Position numbers and translations under genes: made by a program | Notes under the pieces: model-generated | Databases searched by the model: none | Told to the model about the DNA's origin: nothing | Seen by the model: the letters and a program-made list of their open reading frames with translations, nothing else | Shown: in pieces, positions 38,676 to 46,791 of the stretch | How positions within the stretch are numbered: the stretch's first letter is position 1 | How the letters are laid out: each line of letters begins with the position of its first letter | NCBI GenBank assembly: GCA_041666865.1 | Contig: JBAYGD010000003.1 | Location: 51,642 to 115,641 of the forward strand | Length of the DNA: 64,000 nucleotides | Origin: Candidatus Omnitrophota bacterium | GTDB taxonomy: Bacteria; Omnitrophota; Omnitrophia; Omnitrophales; Aquincolibacteriaceae | Direction of reading: 5' to 3'

Positions 38676-39107
38676 GTGAAAGCGCACAAAGGATTGTGGA
38701 TCGTTTTGATTTTGGCCGGAGCTTTTCTTCAGGCCGGCGCCGCAAGGAACCGCGGGCAATATGACGAGGAAGCACGGGCGCAAGAGAAACTCGAAAAGGA
38801 GGCCACCAAGGAAAATAAGCCGTCGGAACGGAAAAATCCCGCCAAGGGGATGGTCCAAGGAGTTAAGGAAACCACGTTCGATTCTACGGAGCAGCTGCTT
38901 TCGGATACAGCCGAAGGGACCAAGGACGGAGCTCCCGTCGTCGGGACCATCGACGGAGCCCGGGAAGGAAGCGGCAGGGCCGTCGACACCGCCATCAAGG
39001 GCGCCTTCAAGGTCGCAACCCTCGGCTATGCCGATGTCAAGAAAGTCGACGTCCAGGAACCCAAAGCGGATTCGGACGATGTGACGAAGTTCCGAATCAA
39101 TCTTTAG
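38676..39107 (+). CDS. Hypothetical secreted K/E-rich protein
   Basis: GTG start at 38676 preceded by AGGAGG; signal peptide LWIVLILAGAFLQAGAA; no recognisable family. Confidence 0.4.
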   Translation: MKAHKGLWIVLILAGAFLQAGAARNRGQYDEEARAQEKLEKEATKENKPSERKNPAKGMVQGVKETTFDSTEQLLSDTAEGTKDGAPVVGTIDGAREGSGRAVDTAIKGAFKVATLGYADVKKVDVQEPKADSDDVTKFRINL

Positions 39108-39171
39108 TACGCTGTACCGCTTACCTCTAAAATCTAATGTCAGGCGGTACAAATCCGTCCGGACGGTTCTC

Positions 39172-40548
39172 TCAGGAAAGCTTTTTCCCGAGGTATTCCC
39201 CGGTCAGGGTTTTCAGAAACTCGGCGACCCGGGAAGCTTCTGCGTCACTCATCGGATTCTCAGTCTGGTATTTGGCCATCACTTTCACCGCTTGAGTGAG
39301 ATCCCCCGTGGATCCGTCGTGAAAGTAAGGATAGGTCAGCGCGATGTTCCGGAGCGTCGGCACTTTGAAGAAGTGCCTGTCCTCTTCTTTCTTCGTGACG
39401 TTGTAGCGCCCGGCGTCGGCCTCCGTCACGTTCCCGCGATCAGCAAAGTAATTCCTCCGAAGCCCCATTTTTTCATAGGATTGCCCACCCACGATTTTTC
39501 CGACATGGCAGGTGTAACATCCCCTCTGGCGAAAGAGCCTCAGGCCTTCCCGCTCCCGCGGCGTCAAAGCCTCCGGGTTTCCTTTCAGATACCGGTCGAA
39601 AGCCGAGTCGGGCGTCACCAGCGTCTTTTCGAATTCGGCAATCGCATCCTGAATATTGCCGGCAGATAGTCCGTCCCGGTAGACGGCCCTGAACTGCTCC
39701 GTAAACGTTGAGTCCTTGGAGAGGGTGGCCAGCACGTCCGGCCAGTTGGCCCCCATTTCCTTGGGATTCGTAACAGGTCCTCCGGCCTGTTCCTTCAGGT
39801 CTTTTGCGCGGCCGTCCCAAAACTGCACAAAATTAAAGACCGCGTTAAAAACCGTCGGCGCGTTGATCGGCCCGAGCTGGTCGCGGATGCCCGTTGAAAC
39901 CTTTTCCCTGTCGGTTCCTCCGAGCGCGAGATCGTGACAAGTGGCGCAGGAAATCTTTCCGTCCCCCGAGAGGCGGACGTCGTGGTAGAGCTTGCTGCCA
40001 AGCGTCACTTTCACCGGATTGGTCGGCACCTTGTCGGGAAGTGGCTGAAGCGCGTCGTCTTGGTGAAGCGGCGCCGCGAGGCGGGTTGCATAATGGGCCT
40101 TGCGGGTTTCATGAATGAAGTTCATGAAAAGACGCTTGTCTTCGGCGAGGAGGAGACTGTCCCAGTGCAGGGCCAAAAATTTGAGCGGAGGCATGCTCCC
40201 GTTTCCGGTCACATATTCCAGCTCGGCCAAAGCGGCCTCCCCCACGGGGCCCCCGCCGGGCGGATTAAAATGCCGTTGCGCGTTGAATCGCGCGGTCCCC
40301 GCCCGGATATCGGCGCCGATGATCTCGCGGGCCACCGGCCAGGCGGCATAATAAGGAACCTCGGCGTGAGGCGAGTGACAGCTGACGCATTTTTTTTCGA
40401 GAATCGGCCTGATCGCGGCAGCCGCCGGGCCCGTCTGGGCATACTGCCGGAACGGCGTCCCCTTAAAAATCAGGATGTTTGAAACCGGCAGCGCGAGGCC
40501 CCCCGCAAGGGCAAGAGCCGCGAGAATCAGAAGTTTTTTCATGCTCAT
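39172..40548 (-). CDS. Tri-heme cytochrome c peroxidase (CCP/MauG family with extra N-terminal heme domain; YhjA/quinol-peroxidase-like)
   Basis: Three CxxCH motifs (CVSCH, CATCH, CYTCH), N-terminal hydrophobic anchor, CCP-family blocks (FWDGRAKDLKEQA, PTLRNIALTYPYFHDGS). Confidence 0.7.
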   Translation of the reverse strand: MSMKKLLILAALALAGGLALPVSNILIFKGTPFRQYAQTGPAAAAIRPILEKKCVSCHSPHAEVPYYAAWPVAREIIGADIRAGTARFNAQRHFNPPGGGPVGEAALAELEYVTGNGSMPPLKFLALHWDSLLLAEDKRLFMNFIHETRKAHYATRLAAPLHQDDALQPLPDKVPTNPVKVTLGSKLYHDVRLSGDGKISCATCHDLALGGTDREKVSTGIRDQLGPINAPTVFNAVFNFVQFWDGRAKDLKEQAGGPVTNPKEMGANWPDVLATLSKDSTFTEQFRAVYRDGLSAGNIQDAIAEFEKTLVTPDSAFDRYLKGNPEALTPREREGLRLFRQRGCYTCHVGKIVGGQSYEKMGLRRNYFADRGNVTEADAGRYNVTKKEEDRHFFKVPTLRNIALTYPYFHDGSTGDLTQAVKVMAKYQTENPMSDAEASRVAEFLKTLTGEYLGKKLS

Positions 40549-40559
40549 TTCCTTTGGGG

Positions 40560-41636
40560 TTAAAGCGTTTTCATGTCGATGACGAAGCGGTACCGGACAT
40601 CGGCCTTGAGCATCCGGGTATAAGCCTCTTCGAGTTTCTGGACGCCGATCAGCTCGATGTCCGCCGTAATATTGTGTTCGGCGCAGAAGTCCAGCATCTC
40701 CTGGGTCTCCCGAATTCCGCCGATCACCGAGCCGGCCAGGCTTCTTCGCTTCATGATGAGCGAGAAGGCATGCAACGCGGCGGGCCGTTCGGGAACGCCG
40801 ATCAGCACCATGGTCCCGTCGCGGCGCACGAGGTTGATATAGGCGTTGAGGTCATGGTCGGCCGAAACGGTATCGAGGAGAAAATCGAAACGGCCCGCAA
40901 GAGCCTCAAGATTTCCGGGGACCCTCGTCGTCACGAAATGTTTGGCTCCGAAGCGGCGGGCGTCGAGTTCCTTGGCGATCGATGAGCTGAACACCGTCAC
41001 TTCCGCGCCCATCGCCGCGGCGAGCTTGACGGCCATATGTCCAAGCCCCCCCATTCCGATGATCCCCACGCGCTGGCCGCGGGTTACTCCGAAATGCCTG
41101 AGCGGCGAATAGGTCGTGATCCCGGCGCAAAGAAGCGGCGCGGCGTTGGCGAGGGAAAGTTTCGCGGGAATCCTCAGCGCATAATTTTCATCCACGACGA
41201 TCTGGGAAGAATATCCGCCGTAGGTCGGCGTCTTCTTGTCTTTCTCGGTCCCGTTGTAAGTCCAGACCGTATGCTCCTCGCAATACTGCTCGAGGCCTTC
41301 CTGACAGCTCGGGCACGCGCGGCAGGAATCGACGAAGCAGCCCACCCCCGCCAGATCGCCCGCTTTGAACCGCTTGACCCCGGAGCCGATACGAACCACA
41401 TGGCCGACGATCTCATGGCCGGGAACCATCGGGTAGATCGAAGTGCCCCATTCGTTGCGCGCCTGATGAATGTCGGAATGGCAAATGCCGCAATAATCGA
41501 TTTCAATCAGAATGTCCTGGGCCCCGGGTTCGCGGCGTTCAAAGCTGAAGGGCTCAAGCCGGGCAGCGGGTCCCCGGGTGGCGAATCCTCGTGTCGGGAT
41601 CATGGCAGGTCCTCCTCCTCGGGTCTTACGTTTCAA
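40560..41636 (-). CDS. Zn-dependent alcohol dehydrogenase (cinnamyl-ADH / YahK-like)
   Basis: GICHSDIHQ...GHEIVG zinc motif and GxGxxG Rossmann (GIIGMGGLGHMAV). Confidence 0.8.
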   Translation of the reverse strand: MKRKTRGGGPAMIPTRGFATRGPAARLEPFSFERREPGAQDILIEIDYCGICHSDIHQARNEWGTSIYPMVPGHEIVGHVVRIGSGVKRFKAGDLAGVGCFVDSCRACPSCQEGLEQYCEEHTVWTYNGTEKDKKTPTYGGYSSQIVVDENYALRIPAKLSLANAAPLLCAGITTYSPLRHFGVTRGQRVGIIGMGGLGHMAVKLAAAMGAEVTVFSSSIAKELDARRFGAKHFVTTRVPGNLEALAGRFDFLLDTVSADHDLNAYINLVRRDGTMVLIGVPERPAALHAFSLIMKRRSLAGSVIGGIRETQEMLDFCAEHNITADIELIGVQKLEEAYTRMLKADVRYRFVIDMKTL

Positions 41637-41742
41637 GATCTTGTCAAAAGAAGCTGGTCAGGTCTCTATTCTACCGCCGTATGGCAAAATATCAAACGCC
41701 AATGCACGTGAAGGCGGGGGACTGTGCTCCGCCTTCACGTCC

Positions 41743-41781
41743 CAAAAAAAGAGCCACATCCGCTTTCCCGGATGTGGCTCC
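41743..41781 (-). terminator. Rho-independent terminator for the cytochrome c gene: 12-bp perfect stem (GAGCCACATCCG / CGGATGTGGCTC) followed by U7 on the minus strand
   Basis: Seen in sequence; a second perfect hairpin (12-bp stem) lies just downstream at 41706-41742. Confidence 0.5.
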
Positions 41782-41807
41782 CCAGAAAAAAAACTTGTGA
41801 ACGTAAG

Positions 41808-42074
41808 CTAGGCTTTTCCCGCCTGCTTATAGTTTTCGACCGTCGCAGGCTTGCCGAGCTCGTAAACTTTCTTCCCGTAAGCGTTCAGCTCGTGTTTGCC
41901 GTCGTCCTTCTTGGGCAAAGCGTCTAGGTGACAGGACGCGCACTTGGGTTTCTCCCCCGGAAACGCTTCCTTGTATTTTTTCATTTCGTCCATGTCGGCG
42001 CGCGCGGTCGAAAACACGGCCAAAGTCAAAAAAACGGCAAGACCCGCGACTGAGATGAAAGGCTTCAGCGTCAT
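41808..42074 (-). CDS. Small secreted mono-heme c-type cytochrome
   Basis: Start at ATG 42074 (GGAGGG RBS) gives signal peptide MTLKPFISVAGLAVFLTLAVFSTARA; single CASCH heme motif. Confidence 0.55.
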   Translation of the reverse strand: MTLKPFISVAGLAVFLTLAVFSTARADMDEMKKYKEAFPGEKPKCASCHLDALPKKDDGKHELNAYGKKVYELGKPATVENYKQAGKA

Positions 42075-42212
42075 CGATTGCTCCCTCCGTTTATCTGCTA
42101 TTTCAGGTATGATCAAAACCGGCCCCTTCGTTCGAGTACGCTGTGGCGGCACTCAAGGCCTATCTATTATGGATATCCGGTGAGACGATCTCAAGCAGTT
42201 TATTATTCAACC

Positions 42213-43982
42213 TCAAAGGTTGAACTGGAGGTCGTAGAGCTTCTTGTAGGCCCCGCCCGACTCAAGGAGCGATTCATTCGTTCCTTCCTGGATGATCTTG
42301 CCGTCCTGGAGGACGATGATCCGGTCGGCCCGCTGTACGGTCGAAAGCCGGTGGGCAATCACAAAAACAGTCCTGCCCTGCATCAGATTCTCGAGCGCCT
42401 TCTGGACCTCGCGCTCGCTTTGCGTATCCAGGTGAGAAGTCGCCTCATCGAGCACCAAAATAGGCGGATCCTTGAGAATCGCCCGGGCGATTGCCAGGCG
42501 CTGGCGCTGGCCGCCCGAAAGCTTGAGGCCCCGCTCTCCGAGCTGCGTCTGGTAGCCCATCGGCAGTTCCTCGATGAAATGATCGGCATAGGCCCCCGCC
42601 GCGGCCCGATGGATCTCTTCGATCGAAGCGTGCGGCTTCCCGTAGCTGATGTTCTCGGCGACGCTCATATTGAACAGAATCGTATCCTGCGAAACAATTC
42701 CGATCAGCTCGCGCACGGAGTGCAGGGTCAGGCTTCGGATGTCCTTGCCGTTGATGCGAATGCCCCCTTCGGTCGGATCATAAAAACGCGGAAGGAGATT
42801 GACCATCGTCGTTTTGCCGGACCCGCTCGGGCCCACGATCGCAAACACCTCTCCGTGACGGATCCGGAACTGGATATGGTCGAGAACCTTTTCGCCGGTT
42901 TCGTAGGCAAAGCCGACCCCCTCAAAGGCGATCTCCTCGATCGTCCCCGTGAAAGGCACCGCCTCGGGGCCGTCCTTGATGCTCGGGACCGCGTCGAGAA
43001 TCTCGAAAATCCTGCTTCCGGCGGCAATCGACTGCTGGATGGTGCTGTTCATCTTGCTCATTTTCTTGAGCGGCTCGTAGAAAATAAAAAGCGAAATGAC
43101 GAAGGCCCCGAAGCGGTCCGCCGAAAGGTTCTCGATCGCGAACCAAATGGCGAGCGCCGCGCCCACGGCCCCCATGATCTCGATCAGTGGCCGCTGGATG
43201 ATGCTGATCCGGATCGTCCTCTTAAAAAAATCAAAAACGTTCTTGTTGATCTTCGCGAACTTCTCGTTTTCATCCTTTTCCCGGTTGAAGGCCTTGACCA
43301 CGTTGATCCCGGCCAGGGTCTCTCCGATAAAGGCCGTAATGTCGGCGGAGCGCTCCTGCATCTGCTTTGTGATCCTGCGCAGATTTTTTCCAAGCAGGGT
43401 GATGGGGATCGCCACCAGCGGAAAGATGGCGATGGCAAAAAAGGCGTACTTCCCGCCCCAAATGAAGACCATCGGAATGTTGTACATCACGACAAACGGC
43501 TGCTTGACGGCGTCGGTGACCACATCGGTGATCGCCCCCTGGATCGAGCCGACGTCGTTCATGATGCGGCTCAAAAAGTCCCCGGTGCGTCCCCGGGAAT
43601 AGAAATCGTTCGACAGGCCTATGAGGTGCTTGTAAAGGTCGTCGCGGATCTTGCGGATGGCCGAAATGCCGACACTGGCCATGGCATAGGTCGAGAGATA
43701 TTCGAAAAAGCTCCGCATCACGAAAACAGCCACCATAATGAAAGGGATCCACACGGCCGGAAACCGGATCTCCTGCATGAAGGGAACATGCGGGATATTA
43801 TTGATAATGACTTCTTTTTTGTTCTGGAGGCCGTTGATGATCAGGTAGAGGGTGCCCGACACAAGGGCCGTCGCCAGGGCATAGCCCTGGGACGCCAGAA
43901 AAGCCAGGGCAATCTTGCCCCGGTAGGGTTTCACATATCCGAGGAGCCTACGATAGATCGTCCAACCGCTTTGTTTTTTCAT
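42213..43982 (-). CDS. msbA: ABC transporter, fused permease/ATPase (MsbA-like lipid A / lipid exporter)
   Basis: 6-TM domain plus NBD with Walker A GPSGSGKTT, signature LSGGQRQR, Walker B ILVLDEATS. Confidence 0.75.
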   Translation of the reverse strand: MKKQSGWTIYRRLLGYVKPYRGKIALAFLASQGYALATALVSGTLYLIINGLQNKKEVIINNIPHVPFMQEIRFPAVWIPFIMVAVFVMRSFFEYLSTYAMASVGISAIRKIRDDLYKHLIGLSNDFYSRGRTGDFLSRIMNDVGSIQGAITDVVTDAVKQPFVVMYNIPMVFIWGGKYAFFAIAIFPLVAIPITLLGKNLRRITKQMQERSADITAFIGETLAGINVVKAFNREKDENEKFAKINKNVFDFFKRTIRISIIQRPLIEIMGAVGAALAIWFAIENLSADRFGAFVISLFIFYEPLKKMSKMNSTIQQSIAAGSRIFEILDAVPSIKDGPEAVPFTGTIEEIAFEGVGFAYETGEKVLDHIQFRIRHGEVFAIVGPSGSGKTTMVNLLPRFYDPTEGGIRINGKDIRSLTLHSVRELIGIVSQDTILFNMSVAENISYGKPHASIEEIHRAAAGAYADHFIEELPMGYQTQLGERGLKLSGGQRQRLAIARAILKDPPILVLDEATSHLDTQSEREVQKALENLMQGRTVFVIAHRLSTVQRADRIIVLQDGKIIQEGTNESLLESGGAYKKLYDLQFNL

Positions 43983-44008
43983 GAAGAAGGGTTATTGTAA
44001 CATATCGG

Positions 44009-44038
44009 TTGACATCCCTCAAGGGTATTTGCTAGGAT
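44009..44038 (+). promoter_or_regulatory. Candidate sigma-70 promoter for the oxidoreductase-lpxB operon: -35 TTGACA (44009-14), 18-nt spacer, -10 TAGGAT (44033-38)
   Basis: Motifs seen in sequence in the divergent msbA / oxidoreductase spacer. Confidence 0.35.
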
Positions 44039-44084
44039 GAACTCTCGCAATCGATCGTAACTGAATGTCCTCGAAGAGGTTAGG

Positions 44085-45029
44085 ATGAAACCAAAGATCC
44101 GGGTCGGAGTGGTCGGCGTAGGGCATCTCGGCAAAGAGCACGCCCGTATCTACCATGAACTCCCCGACACCGAACTGGTCGGTCTTGCAGATCGGGACCC
44201 ATCCAAAAAGGAGAAGGCGGACCAGTGCCAATGCTCCTTTTTCACCGAATACCGCGACCTCCTCGGCAAAGTGGATGCCGTCAGCATCGCGACACCCACG
44301 GGGACACACGCCGAGGTGGCCAGAGAGTTCCTGCGCTCCGGCATCCACACGCTGATCGAAAAGCCTATCACCTTGAAGCTCGAAGACGCCGATGAGCTGA
44401 TCGAACTGGCCCGCGGACAAAAGCTGATTATGCACGTCGGACATATCGAACGGCACAATCCGGGGCTCAAGCGAATCGGGGAAATCGCGAAGAACATCCG
44501 TTTTTTTGAAATTCACCGGCTCGGGCCTTTTACCGGCAGGATCAACGATTGCGGCGTAGTGCTCGACCTTATGATCCACGACCTCGACATCGTCATGGGC
44601 CTTGTTAAGTCCGAGGTCGCAGGATTCGACGCCGTCGGCATCAACGTCCTCACGCCCTTCGAAGACATCGCCAATGTCCGCATCAAGTTCGCGAACGGAG
44701 CGGTCGCCAATCTGACCGCCTCGCGCCTGACCCCCGAAAAACAGCGCAAGATCCGTATCTTCCAGGACGACGCCTACATCTCGCTCGATTACGGCGAGCA
44801 ATCTGCGAAGATCTTCCGGAAAATCGGGCCCATGATCACTCAGGAAAAAGTAGACATCCAGAAAGCCGAGCCCCTGCGCGAAGAGCTCAAATTTTTTATT
44901 TCCGAAATTCAGTCGGGGCAAAACAAGGGGCGCCCTGACGTCGCGGCCCGCGATGCCCTCCGCTTTGCCCTGGAAATCGTCGACCGGATCCAGAAGAATC
45001 ATCCGGACGCGGCCTCTCTTCACCGCTGA
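44085..45029 (+). CDS. Gfo/Idh/MocA-family NAD(P)-dependent oxidoreductase, co-transcribed with lpxB
   Basis: N-terminal Rossmann IRVGVVGVGHLGKEHARIY; GAGG RBS; stop is 4 nt before lpxB ATG. Confidence 0.75.
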   Translation: MKPKIRVGVVGVGHLGKEHARIYHELPDTELVGLADRDPSKKEKADQCQCSFFTEYRDLLGKVDAVSIATPTGTHAEVAREFLRSGIHTLIEKPITLKLEDADELIELARGQKLIMHVGHIERHNPGLKRIGEIAKNIRFFEIHRLGPFTGRINDCGVVLDLMIHDLDIVMGLVKSEVAGFDAVGINVLTPFEDIANVRIKFANGAVANLTASRLTPEKQRKIRIFQDDAYISLDYGEQSAKIFRKIGPMITQEKVDIQKAEPLREELKFFISEIQSGQNKGRPDVAARDALRFALEIVDRIQKNHPDAASLHR

Positions 45030-45033
45030 TCCC

Positions 45034-46167
45034 ATGGCGAAAACTATTTTTATTCTCGCCGGCGAAGCTTCCGGCGACAACCACGGAGCCCATCTCGTCC
45101 GGGAGCTCAAAGCCCTGCATCCGGACCTCGAATTCACGGGCCTCGGTGGCCCCCGCATGGCGTCGGCCGGCGTCCGGCTCCTTCACGACATGACGCGCCT
45201 CTCGGTCCTGGGCCTGGGCGACGTCCTCCGGAAATATTTCGAATACCGGAAAATTTTTTACTCGGCCTTGGACGAAGCGCGCCGGCTCAAACCCGACGCG
45301 GTCATCCTCATCGATTCCCCGGCCTTCAATCTCCGGTTCGCCAAAAAGATCCGCCGGGCCTTTCCGGTCTTCTATTATATCTCCCCTCAAATCTGGGCGT
45401 GGGGCGGCCGGAGAATCCATACGATCCGCAGAACCGTGAGCCGCATGCTGGTCATTCTGCCGTTCGAGGAAGAGCTTTACCGCAAGGGCCGCGTCCCCTG
45501 TACGTTTGTCGGCCACCCCCTCCTGGATCAGGTCCGGCCGTCGAAACCCCGCGAAGCGCTCCGCCGCGAATTGGGCCTGGAAGCCTCGGAGCGGGCCATC
45601 GGACTTTTGTCGGGGTCCCGCGAAACCGAAGTCTTGAGGATTTTACCTCCGATGCTCGAAACGGCCCGCCGGATGAGAGCCCTGTGCCGTGAAGCCGTTT
45701 TTTACGTCTCCCTGGCTCCGAACGTCAACCCCGGCGTCTATGCGAAGATTCTCAAGCCCTATGCCGACCTCCCCTTGAGGACACCACCTCCGGGGAATCT
45801 CTATGATCTCATGACCGCGATGGATTTTGCCCTGATCGCTTCCGGAACGACGACCCTGGAAGCGGCCTTGCTCGGGGTCCCCTTTTTCCTTCTCTATAAA
45901 GCCAGCTGGTCGACCTACTTCCTGGGCCGGCAGTTGATCCGAGTGCCCTACCTGGGGCTGGTCAATCTCCTCGCCGGGGAAAGAGTCGTCCCTGAATTCA
46001 TCCAAAACGACATCCATCCGGAAACAATCGCCCACGAAGCAAAAATCCTGCTTGAAAATCCGGAGCTGATCGAGGCCATGAAGGCCAAGTTCCGTGAAGT
46101 CCGAGAAAAATTGGGGGAGCCCGGCGCGAGCCGGCGCGCCGCCGAAACCATCCTTGCAAACATCTAG
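45034..46167 (+). CDS. lpxB: Lipid-A-disaccharide synthase
   Basis: MAKTIFILAGEASGDNHGAHL N-terminus and GT-B LpxB architecture. Start at ATG 45034, not the track's 44953. Confidence 0.85.
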   Translation: MAKTIFILAGEASGDNHGAHLVRELKALHPDLEFTGLGGPRMASAGVRLLHDMTRLSVLGLGDVLRKYFEYRKIFYSALDEARRLKPDAVILIDSPAFNLRFAKKIRRAFPVFYYISPQIWAWGGRRIHTIRRTVSRMLVILPFEEELYRKGRVPCTFVGHPLLDQVRPSKPREALRRELGLEASERAIGLLSGSRETEVLRILPPMLETARRMRALCREAVFYVSLAPNVNPGVYAKILKPYADLPLRTPPPGNLYDLMTAMDFALIASGTTTLEAALLGVPFFLLYKASWSTYFLGRQLIRVPYLGLVNLLAGERVVPEFIQNDIHPETIAHEAKILLENPELIEAMKAKFREVREKLGEPGASRRAAETILANI

Positions 46168-46168
46168 C

Positions 46169-46558
46169 TTACTTCTTCTGCGGGGGGTCCTGCGGAAGCT
46201 TCTGCCAGGCAAATTCGGGATAGATCACCGGCTCGTACCGGGCCGGATAGGGAATCAGGAAAGTGACCATTTCATACACGCCCGTGAGAGCCCGGCCCAC
46301 GGCGTAGCAACCGCCGCGGCCTGCCGCAAGAGCCCAGCTTGGAGGAAAAGTTTCGCGTGTCTGCTCTTTCTGAAATTCGGTCGTCAGATCGATCGGGGAA
46401 AGGGCGACATTGAGGAAGCCGCGCTGAAGTTTTCGGACCGGGGAGCCTTCCGCCGCGATTTGCCCTTGCTCGCCAGGGCAAAGCTCTGAGGCCGCCGCCT
46501 GCGCGGAAAAAATCAAGCCCATGACCGTCGAAAGGACGAGCAGTTTTCTGAATTTCAT
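46169..46558 (-). CDS. Small secreted protein, exosortase-system-associated-like (resembles TIGR04073 family)
   Basis: Signal peptide MKFRKLLVLSTVMGLIFSAQAAA; motifs KLQRGFLNVALSPIDL and GRALTGVYEMVTFLIPYP recalled from that family (from memory, not verified). Confidence 0.4.
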   Translation of the reverse strand: MKFRKLLVLSTVMGLIFSAQAAASELCPGEQGQIAAEGSPVRKLQRGFLNVALSPIDLTTEFQKEQTRETFPPSWALAAGRGGCYAVGRALTGVYEMVTFLIPYPARYEPVIYPEFAWQKLPQDPPQKK

Positions 46559-46601
46559 AGCGGCCGATACTCTAACAAAAATCGACTCCCGAGGCAAGTT
46601 G

Positions 46602-46776
46602 CGTCTAACCCGGATGTCTCATCGCCAATGAGACATCCGCTCGTAAGAGCTTCCGAGCAAAGTGGTTAATCCTTTGCGAGGAAGGGTTAGTCTTTTGCAC
46701 TCCGTTTTTTTGTGAGTGCAAAACTTTGGCTGTACTTCATACAGCCAAAGCGACTTTCTCATTGATTCGCAAAATC
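46602..46776. repeat. Array of four unrelated perfect palindromes/stem-loops: 46602-46628 (11-bp arms), 46683-46713 (10 bp), 46715-46739 (10 bp), 46744-46776 (14 bp)
   Basis: Seen directly; three have exactly 5-nt loops/spacers. Lies between the stop of the sigma-54 activator gene and the start of the small secreted-protein gene. Confidence 0.6.
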
Positions 46777-46791
46777 AATGAGAAAGTCGGG

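Noticed and set aside
39158-39171. 14-nt exact match (TCCGGACGGTTCTC) between the lpxK repeat unit and the spacer downstream of the peroxidase gene
   Set aside because: It is centred on the palindrome CCGTCCGGACGG, which here acts as a small bidirectional terminator-like hairpin. This is most likely coincidence rather than a dispersed copy of the repeat.
46663-46690. Sigma-54-like -24/-12 matches (TGG-N8-TTGC at 46663-46677 and GG-N10-TTGCA at ~46671-46690)
   Set aside because: Both are on the plus strand pointing antisense into the activator gene, and the -24 elements are poor. No properly spaced site was found on the minus strand upstream of the small secreted-protein gene.
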